From Candidatus Shapirobacteria bacterium (GTDB taxonomy: Bacteria; Patescibacteriota; Microgenomatia; UBA12405), in the NCBI GenBank assembly GCA_041665485.1, contig JBAYIT010000003.1, forward strand, positions 133,146 through 182,723: DNA of 49,578 nt. Direction: 5' to 3'. Shown here piece after piece: positions 18,024 to 24,445 of the stretch; within the stretch, counting starts at the first letter, position 1, and every line of letters begins with the position of its first letter. The translations under genes were made by a program, and so were the position numbers. The notes below the pieces were generated by a model. That model was not told the origin of the DNA. It did no database searches and worked only from the letters and a program-made list of their open reading frames with translations.

Positions 18024-18515
18024 ATGGCTAGTAAAAATTACAAAGTAATTGTCTTTGCCCCAAAAAAAGACACCGATAATTTGATAGAAGCAATGGCTAA
18101 GGCTGGAGCGGGTAAAATCGGCAAATATTCACATAACGCTTTTATTACTTCTGGTTTTGGCAATTGGAAAAGTGAGAAAGGTCGTCATCCGACCATCGGT
18201 AAAGTTGGGAAAATGAGTCGCGAACCTGAAAATAAAATAGAAATGATTTGTCCGAAAAAAAAATTAAATGAAGTTCTTGATGCGATTTATCTTGTCCATC
18301 CTTACGAAACCCCGGCAATTGATATCATTAAATTAGAATTCCCAAGAAATTATTATAAACCTGAAAAATTATCGCCCAGAGCCATCGCCAGATACGATAA
18401 AATGACCAAAGATGTGGAGAGTGGCAAAGTAAAGGTTTACAGTGCTAAATCTGTTAAAGATTTGATGAGACAACTCAATAGGCCAGTTAGAAAGAAAAAA
18501 GTCAATAAGTTTTAG
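18024..18515 (+). CDS. stand-alone NIF3/YqfO insert-like (PII-like fold) domain protein with basic C-terminal tail
   Basis: KVIVFAPKKDTDNLIEAMAKAGAGKIGKYSHNAF...GFGNW...HPTIGKVG...EPENKIEMICP...VHPYETPAIDI resembles the inserted domain of YqfO/NIF3 (HPYEEPAYD). Confidence 0.45.
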   Translation: MASKNYKVIVFAPKKDTDNLIEAMAKAGAGKIGKYSHNAFITSGFGNWKSEKGRHPTIGKVGKMSREPENKIEMICPKKKLNEVLDAIYLVHPYETPAIDIIKLEFPRNYYKPEKLSPRAIARYDKMTKDVESGKVKVYSAKSVKDLMRQLNRPVRKKKVNKF

Positions 18516-18573
18516 AATTAGAATTTAGAAATTGATTAAAAATTAAAAATTTCAAATTAAAAATTTTTTCACC

Positions 18574-18768
18574 ATGTCCCTCAAATCCGACTTTCTCAAA
18601 ATCTACGCCGATTTGCCCCTTGGTGCTCGGCGGGAAATCATTGCTGTTGTTGGCAACGAGCCGGTTACCTGGAATAGTGCCATGGTAGAAATAGAAAACA
18701 ACACCAAAATCGGTCAAGAAATTTTAGAACAATTAATAAGTTTGGGAATTCTTAATGGCCAAAATTAA
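18574..18768 (+). CDS. small hypothetical protein (64 aa)
   Basis: ORF overlaps the next ORF by 14 nt. Shares the motif T-x6-E-[IV]-E-x2-T-x-I-G with the 72-aa neighbour. Confidence 0.5.
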   Translation: MSLKSDFLKIYADLPLGARREIIAVVGNEPVTWNSAMVEIENNTKIGQEILEQLISLGILNGQN

Positions 18769-18973
18769 TCCACTTCAAAAAAAGCTAACCTTGGCTCGCC
18801 TGGAAACCCAGTCAGAAAAGACCAAGGTCAATTTCGCCTCCGGTCAATCATTTACTAAAGATCAATTGATAAACGAGGTTGAATCAGAGACGGTTATTGG
18901 TCGCAAAGTAGTTGATATTCAAGTCAAATTTCTCCAAGACTTAGCTAAAGGAAAAATTTATCAGGATGGCTAA
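18755..18973 (+). CDS. small hypothetical protein (72 aa), weak paralogue of the preceding ORF
   Basis: FTKDQLINEVESETVIGRKVV compared with VTWNSAMVEIENNTKIGQEIL. 8-nt overlap (ATGGCTAA) with the next ORF. Confidence 0.5.
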   Translation: MAKINPLQKKLTLARLETQSEKTKVNFASGQSFTKDQLINEVESETVIGRKVVDIQVKFLQDLAKGKIYQDG

Positions 18974-19610
18974 GAGATTTTTACTCACCCGCCCCGACCA
19001 TGATTCTGCTGTTACTTATCTTTCTGTTTGGAGTCTTCCTCTTATAGCCGCCGCCATTAAGGCCAAATTTACCGTCGATGATCTCGCCGAAAGTCGTGTC
19101 ACCTTAACTAACTTTAACCGTAGCCTTGAGTTCTCCCCCAAACTAATTTTAATCAATGGTCATGGCTCGCCCGACTTAATTACTGGTTTTAGAAATCAAA
19201 CCTTAATCTCCACCAATAGCATCAATTCAAATCTTTTTGATTCCATTATTTATGGTCGCTCCTGCCAAACCGCCAAGTTCCTTGGCCCGGCCCTGATTAA
19301 GGCTGGAGTCAAAACTTATATTGGCTATACCGACGACTTGGTTATTGTCACTTCCGACAGCCCCAGTCCTCTCGACGACAAAATTGCCGGCCTCTTTTTA
19401 GAGCCATTAAATCTTATTATTTCTCAATTACTTTTAGGTCACAAAAGCCGTACCGGCTTTAAAAAATGTCAGAAGTCACTTCGCAAAAACATCCGTTTCC
19501 TCCTCAAAAGCAAACTCAAACAAACCCGCGACCTGGCCGCCTATCTTTGGCATGATTTAAATTGTGGGGTATTATTGGGTAATGATCAATCTAAAGTCTC
19601 TTCCCTCTAA
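18966..19610 (+). CDS. hypothetical protein with clan-CD cysteine-peptidase-like (caspase/gingipain-type) His-Gly ... Cys signature
   Basis: A hydrophobic strand followed by GHG (KLILINGHGSPD, His66) and a hydrophobic strand followed by SC (SIIYGRSCQTA, Cys100). The 34-residue spacing is similar to gingipain-type enzymes. Confidence 0.4.
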   Translation: MAKRFLLTRPDHDSAVTYLSVWSLPLIAAAIKAKFTVDDLAESRVTLTNFNRSLEFSPKLILINGHGSPDLITGFRNQTLISTNSINSNLFDSIIYGRSCQTAKFLGPALIKAGVKTYIGYTDDLVIVTSDSPSPLDDKIAGLFLEPLNLIISQLLLGHKSRTGFKKCQKSLRKNIRFLLKSKLKQTRDLAAYLWHDLNCGVLLGNDQSKVSSL

Positions 19611-20838
19611 TCCCGGCATTTATATTTATCGCAATCGTGCCGGAGATATTATTTATGTTGGTAAGGCCATTAATCTTAAAAAGCGTGTTTCTCAATATTT
19701 TAGCCGTGATGATGCCTTAGGTATTAAAACGTCCCAATTGGTTTCTCAAATCGCCTCGGTTGAAACCAAAGTCGTCGGTTCAGAAATCGAAGCTCTGATT
19801 CTTGAAGCTTCGTATATCAAAAAATATCATCCCAAATATAATTCCCAGCTTAAAGATGATCGTAGTTATTTATACATTTGTATCTCAACCGAATTAATTC
19901 CCCGAATTTTCACTTCCCATCAGTCAAATCTTCCTCCCAAAGCCGAAATTTATGGTCCCTTTCCTGATGGTGCATCGGTCAAATCCCTTCTTAAAATTAT
20001 CCGTCGTATTTTTCCTTTTCGCAGTCTTGAAAAGCACCCTACCGGAGATTGTCTTTATTGCCATCTTGGCCTTTGTCCTGGAGCCAAACCTGATCTCCAT
20101 ATTTATAAAAAATCAATTAGTCATATCAAACAAATTCTTTCCGGCCGATTCACTTATCTCCAAAAAAATCTTCGCCGGGAAATGGCCCTGGCTTCCAAAA
20201 GTCAAAATTACGAACTAGCAGTCAGTCTTCGCGATCAGCTCACGAATCTTGAATATGTTGTTTCCGGTTGGAGCAATCTTTCCCATCTTTATCAGCAAAT
20301 CGACCTTCCTGAAGACCAACAGTCATCAGCTATTAATGAATTATCGTCAACCCTCAAAATACCTCTGATTAATCGCATCGAATGTTTCGATATTTCTCAA
20401 CTCGGCACCAAATATTTTGTCGGTTCAATGACTGTTTGGCAAAATGGCCATCTCGATAATTCTCAATATCGTAAATTTAAGATTCTCTATAAAGCCAGTC
20501 CCGACGATCAATTAATGATTAAAGAAATCGTCTATCGTCGTCTCAAGCATCCGGAGTGGGGGACTCCTGATCTAATTGTTGTCGATGGTGGCAAGCCCCA
20601 AGTGACAGCAGCCGAGACGGTTGTTTCTAAGATCTACGATCTAAGATCTAAGATCTCTGTTCTCGGTCTAGCCAAAAAACTCGAAACTATCGTTATAAAA
20701 AATGGCGATTCTTGGCAAGAAATTAATCTTCCCCACCACTCCACCGCTCTTCGCCTGCTCCAGCAACTCCGTGACGAAGCCCACCGCTTCGCCAATCGTT
20801 ATCGAAAAGAGTTAATATCAAAGCAATGGATAAATTAG
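19585..20838 (+). CDS. uvrC: excinuclease ABC subunit C, short form lacking the C-terminal (HhH)2 domain
   Basis: GIY-YIG (PGIYIYRN...IIYVGKA), UVR domain (YELAVSLRDQL) and endonuclease domain (IECFDISQ...VVDGGKPQ...LRDEAHRFA). Start set at ATG 19585 (MINLKSLPS); the track start is 19564. Confidence 0.9.
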   Translation: MNLKSLPSNPGIYIYRNRAGDIIYVGKAINLKKRVSQYFSRDDALGIKTSQLVSQIASVETKVVGSEIEALILEASYIKKYHPKYNSQLKDDRSYLYICISTELIPRIFTSHQSNLPPKAEIYGPFPDGASVKSLLKIIRRIFPFRSLEKHPTGDCLYCHLGLCPGAKPDLHIYKKSISHIKQILSGRFTYLQKNLRREMALASKSQNYELAVSLRDQLTNLEYVVSGWSNLSHLYQQIDLPEDQQSSAINELSSTLKIPLINRIECFDISQLGTKYFVGSMTVWQNGHLDNSQYRKFKILYKASPDDQLMIKEIVYRRLKHPEWGTPDLIVVDGGKPQVTAAETVVSKIYDLRSKISVLGLAKKLETIVIKNGDSWQEINLPHHSTALRLLQQLRDEAHRFANRYRKELISKQWIN

Positions 20839-21512
20839 TCTCTGTCGTCATACCCTGTTTTAATGAAGAAGAACGGATATTACCGGTTTTGAATTCTCTT
20901 AAACAATCAAAATCGTGTGGTGAAATTATCGTCGTCGACGATGGCTCCAATAAGACTACCAAAGATATTTTAATCGCCGTCAAAGGCATTAAACTAATTA
21001 CTCATCCTAAAAATCTTGGCAAAGCCCAAGCCTTAAAAACCGGCATTCTTCAAGCTAAATACGATGTCATCGTTTTTATCGATGCTGATTTAGTCAATCT
21101 TACCCCAGATCATATCAATGCCCTGATAGAACCAGTTATAAATTCCGATTGTGATCTAACCTTAAGTGATCGGCCCGAAGAATCGTTTTACACTGTTTTC
21201 TCTGGCTTTAATATTGCCTATACTGGCGAGCGTTGTGTTAGACGCCAACTCTTGCTTCAACATTTAGACATTTTCGATAATCCTGGTTACTTAATCGAAT
21301 CCTCTATGAACCGGATATTTTTTAAAAATTATCGGGTTAAAAAAGTACCATTTCCCGAAGTCGGCCAAATATCAAAAAGCAAAAAATATGGCATTGTCAA
21401 AGGTCTTTACTTGGACGCTAAAATGTTTTTTCAAATCATCCAATTTTCAGGTCTTAAAGAGCTTATTTTTCAACTATCTTTTGCCAAAAGGCTACCCGGT
21501 TATCCCCAATAG
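20826..21512 (+). CDS. glycosyltransferase family 2
   Basis: VSVVIPCFNEEERI, IIVVDDGSNKTT and FIDADL (DxD) motifs. Confidence 0.85.
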   Translation: MDKLVSVVIPCFNEEERILPVLNSLKQSKSCGEIIVVDDGSNKTTKDILIAVKGIKLITHPKNLGKAQALKTGILQAKYDVIVFIDADLVNLTPDHINALIEPVINSDCDLTLSDRPEESFYTVFSGFNIAYTGERCVRRQLLLQHLDIFDNPGYLIESSMNRIFFKNYRVKKVPFPEVGQISKSKKYGIVKGLYLDAKMFFQIIQFSGLKELIFQLSFAKRLPGYPQ

Positions 21513-23048
21513 CCCCTTCATCTTCTTCAATGCTTCGGCGTTTTTTCCGATTTCAAAATGCTTCCGAGCCGGCTCTAGTTTTTCAATTAACCAGTCAGAT
21601 AAGGCGTTTTTTAAATCCAGTGGAAATAATTTTTCGCTCTGGTAATCAGCCGTTAAGTCGGCCATGGTGTTGTAAACCACCTTACCTCCAAATCTTTCCG
21701 GCCGGTCAACCACAAAATTGCCAGTCTTCTCGCCCCAAAATATCAATGTCTCCACCCAATTTAGTAGTGGGTTAAACTCAACTTCTTTCGGTGGGCCGTA
21801 AGCTTTTTTAATTTTGTTCCTAATTTCGTCTGGAGTGTCGTGAATAAACACCGCGCTGTTCGGCTTCGACTTACTCATCTTCAATGATTCAGCGTCATTG
21901 TCGCCTGCCTGCGGGCCAGAAAGACCAGCAATTAAATTCTGGTGAATCGCCACCGGTGTTTGGTGTTTCCCAGGAATCTTTTTAATTGCCTCTCTGGCAA
22001 TCACATGAGCCTTTCTTTGGTCCATGCCAGCATGTGCCAAATTAATATCTAGGGTCACTATATCCGCCACCTGTAGTGGTGGGTAGAAGAGGGTGGCCAT
22101 ATTGACATCCGTGCCCTGCTTTTTACCCATAATCGAAATCGATCTTAAGTCACGAGCTAAAGTTACTTGTTTGCCCACTTCCATAAATGTTTGCCAATGA
22201 TCCGGCCGGCTTTCATACAAATCTTTTCCCGAAATAAATTCGACCTGATCACCCTCAACTCCGAAGCACTTAAGTGAAGCAATTAGTCCTTCTTTAAAAT
22301 AACTCTCCGATGCCCAGCGAATATCCTCCCACTTTCCGCCTAATTTATTATTCAAAAAAGTATGGAAATCAGCCAAAAATATTCTGCATTTTGCCCCGGC
22401 CTGCAAAAAGTCGGCAATTTTTCCCATCGACAATAATCCCGTTCCCAAATGCACTAACCCCGAAATCTCAAAGCCAATGTAGTGCGACAGGGGGGTGCCA
22501 GACTCTATTAGCGCCCTCAAGTCCTCCTCCGTCAGCACCTCCTGGCAGTTTCTAGTTATCAATCTAATTTTTTCTTCTGTGTCCATGTTCTTTTCTTCTG
22601 CAATTGATACTACCTTGCATTTTAGATGATCTAAAACCACCTCCAGTTTAACATTAATCCCGTGTTTAGTGTCTCCTGCTCCCATACTCCAAATTTTTTG
22701 GCTCATCAGTTTCTTATCCACTAATGTTTTTATCTCCAAAACCAATGGGCAAACTCCGCCCGCTACCAACTCCAGTTTAACCAATTCATCGCCAGTCGCC
22801 ACTCTCCATTTACCAATTAAAGCCGACAACTTTTTATCATCAACTCTGTCGCTCCCACCAACAACTACAGCTGTAAAACCTGCATCGGTTTTCACTACTA
22901 ACGTTTTGATTGCATTTTTTGGATCATAATTTTTCCCCATTGACGTGTCGCTGGTTCTGGCCGAAATGGCCGTATCACCAAACTCCACCACTTCAAAATC
23001 AATCTTCTGCTTTTTTAACCGATCACATATTTCCATAAAATCTTTCAT
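21492..23048 (-). CDS. tyrS: YbaK/ProX-like aminoacyl-tRNA deacylase domain fused to archaeal/eukaryal-type tyrosyl-tRNA synthetase
   Basis: Residues ~1-150: LKKQKIDFEVV..., AIKTLVVK, VAGGVCPL (YbaK/tRNA_edit pattern). Residues ~160-518 align along their length with M. jannaschii-type TyrRS: HYIGFEISGLVHLG, LADFHTFLN, YPPLQVADI, AGMDQRKAHVIARE, KMSKSKP, EIRNKIKKAY, RPERFGG, LFPLDLKNA..LIEKLEPARKHF. Confidence 0.85.
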   Translation of the reverse strand: MKDFMEICDRLKKQKIDFEVVEFGDTAISARTSDTSMGKNYDPKNAIKTLVVKTDAGFTAVVVGGSDRVDDKKLSALIGKWRVATGDELVKLELVAGGVCPLVLEIKTLVDKKLMSQKIWSMGAGDTKHGINVKLEVVLDHLKCKVVSIAEEKNMDTEEKIRLITRNCQEVLTEEDLRALIESGTPLSHYIGFEISGLVHLGTGLLSMGKIADFLQAGAKCRIFLADFHTFLNNKLGGKWEDIRWASESYFKEGLIASLKCFGVEGDQVEFISGKDLYESRPDHWQTFMEVGKQVTLARDLRSISIMGKKQGTDVNMATLFYPPLQVADIVTLDINLAHAGMDQRKAHVIAREAIKKIPGKHQTPVAIHQNLIAGLSGPQAGDNDAESLKMSKSKPNSAVFIHDTPDEIRNKIKKAYGPPKEVEFNPLLNWVETLIFWGEKTGNFVVDRPERFGGKVVYNTMADLTADYQSEKLFPLDLKNALSDWLIEKLEPARKHFEIGKNAEALKKMKGLLGITG

Positions 23049-23051
23049 AGT

Positions 23052-23732
23052 TTAGTTTAATAAATTTTTAACTGCCGTGTTTGCCAAGATATCCATGGTG
23101 TCTAAAAATAAAATCTTACGATTGAATTCTTGCCATACCTCGCTCAATAACTGCAGTTCGCTGCACCCCAAAATGCAAGTTTCAATGCCACTATCAATAA
23201 AATTATTTAACACTTTTTCTAACATATTTTTGTCAGATTTGGTTGCCACCTTGCCCTTGGCTAACCTGTCAAGCATTTGGCTAATTTTTATTTGCTTATT
23301 TTTATCAGGAACAGTTAATTCAAATTTATTTGACACAAATAATTTATTCTTAACGGCAAAAGTTGTTGCTAGTAACCCAACCTTTTCTAATTTTATTTGC
23401 TTTTTTGTCTCTTCAATTGCGCTCATAACTGGAATATCAACATTTTTTTGAACCTCATCAATAAAAACATGCACCGAATTACAGGCAATAATTAAAAAAT
23501 CTGCTCCGGCTAATTCCAATCTCTTGGCGGCTTTAGCCATTAGAGTTGGGAAGTTGCCGGAATCATTATCGGTAATTAGTCTGGTTTCGGCCATTAAATT
23601 TATTGGTAAACTGGCCACTAAAATATCCGGCCTGGTTTTTTGGCCAGACGCTACAAATTTATTAATGATTTTGGTAACTAATTGGTTGGTGGCTTCCGGG
23701 CCCATCCCCCCAATTATTCCTAAGGTTTTCAT
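23052..23732 (-). CDS. aspartate/glutamate racemase family protein
   Basis: GIIGGMGPEAT, the two catalytic-Cys motifs IIACNSVH and ILGCSEL, and a size (~226 aa) typical of aspartate racemases. Confidence 0.8.
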   Translation of the reverse strand: MKTLGIIGGMGPEATNQLVTKIINKFVASGQKTRPDILVASLPINLMAETRLITDNDSGNFPTLMAKAAKRLELAGADFLIIACNSVHVFIDEVQKNVDIPVMSAIEETKKQIKLEKVGLLATTFAVKNKLFVSNKFELTVPDKNKQIKISQMLDRLAKGKVATKSDKNMLEKVLNNFIDSGIETCILGCSELQLLSEVWQEFNRKILFLDTMDILANTAVKNLLN

Positions 23733-23735
23733 AAG

Positions 23736-23807
23736 TCCAACGGGCAGGAGTTGAACCTGCTTTAAACGGTTTTACAGACCGTTGCCTAACCGTCCGGCTC
23801 CCGTTGG
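23736..23807 (-). tRNA. tRNA-Tyr (anticodon GUA), class I (short variable arm) with a C1:G72 first pair
   Basis: Hand fold of CCAACGGGAGCCGGACGGTTAGGCAACGGTCTGTAAAACCGTTTAAAGCAGGTTCAACTCCTGCCCGTTGGA. Acceptor CCAACGG/CCGTTGG, D stem GCC/GGC, anticodon stem ACGGT/ACCGT with loop CTGTAAA, 5-nt variable loop TTAAA, T arm GCAGG-TTCAACT-CCTGC, discriminator A. No CCA is encoded. Confidence 0.85.
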
Positions 23808-23811
23808 TTGC

Positions 23812-23835
23812 GGCACGGCGGTTCCCCGCCATGCC
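23812..23835 (-). other. stable 10-bp hairpin with GGAA tetraloop immediately 5' of tRNA-Tyr
   Basis: Minus strand GGCATGGCGG-GGAA-CCGCCGTGCC. No U-tract follows. It lies between the orf96 stop and the tRNA 5' end, so it may be a processing or stability element. Confidence 0.5.
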
Positions 23836-23847
23836 TAGATATAGTCT

Positions 23848-24138
23848 TTATCCGCCATTGTTTTGAAAATCTTTAACTCTGTTAAACGCGTCTCTAGCTA
23901 TCATCCCAAGATCACTTCTAAATCCGTGATCAAAGGTTCCAACTAGTCGGCCTACTGCAAGTTTAGCCATTGCCTCCACCGATCTTCCATCTGGGCAATC
24001 AAGCCATTCGAGTGCAACGCTTTGTCCCACAATAGTCGCAACTCGCATTGCTCTTTGTCGTCGAGTTAAGCCAGTTTGGATCTCCCAATTTGGTAGAGAC
24101 GGATTAATACCGTCAAAACTAATTTCTCTATTTTTCAT
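23848..24138 (-). CDS. hypothetical protein (96 aa), first ORF downstream of the T-box leader
   Basis: Strong SD (AAGGGAGGTGATAAAAAATG). No recognisable motif. Confidence 0.5.
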   Translation of the reverse strand: MKNREISFDGINPSLPNWEIQTGLTRRQRAMRVATIVGQSVALEWLDCPDGRSVEAMAKLAVGRLVGTFDHGFRSDLGMIARDAFNRVKDFQNNGG

Positions 24139-24204
24139 TTTTTATCACCTCCCTTGTCCGCCGTAGTTTTAACGAAGGCGGATTTTCGTATTAATAATTA
24201 ATAA

Positions 24205-24265
24205 ACACCAAAAAGCCCCCACACCAGTCCAAACCATTAATATGGTCGGGACTAGGGTGAGGGCT
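24205..24265 (-). terminator. intrinsic terminator of the T-box leader
   Basis: AGCCCUCACCCUAGUCC (24265..24249) pairs with GGACUGGUGUGGGGGCU (24230..24214): 16 of 17 positions paired, 2 of them G.U. It is followed by UUUUU (24214..24210). Confidence 0.8.
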
Positions 24266-24440
24266 TGACCAGTTTGACTGGTTTTCTCACGGTACCACCT
24301 AGTTTCCCCCGCAGGGGCGGGGCTTATTATCGAGTATTTGCTAAAAGCAGTGTTACCCTATCTCTATTCCGGGAGATCCCGCTCCGATTTTGTCGAAGTG
24401 CTCCGGGGGTGTATTACGTCCCCATCCGCGTTCCAAGTTA
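24205..24440 (-). promoter_or_regulatory. T-box riboswitch leader (transcription attenuation type), probable tyrosine (UAC) specifier
   Basis: T-box consensus AAACUAGGUGGUACCGUGAG at 24305..24286. Antiterminator: A1 ACUAGG/CCUAGU, bulge UGGUACC, A2 GUGAG/CUCAC. A mutually exclusive terminator is present. Stem III is CCCCGC-CCCU-GCGGGG (24322..24306). The first hairpin GGGG-ACGUAAUACA-CCCC presents UAC+A (UAC at 24413..24411). Confidence 0.85.
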
Positions 24441-24445
24441 AAAGT

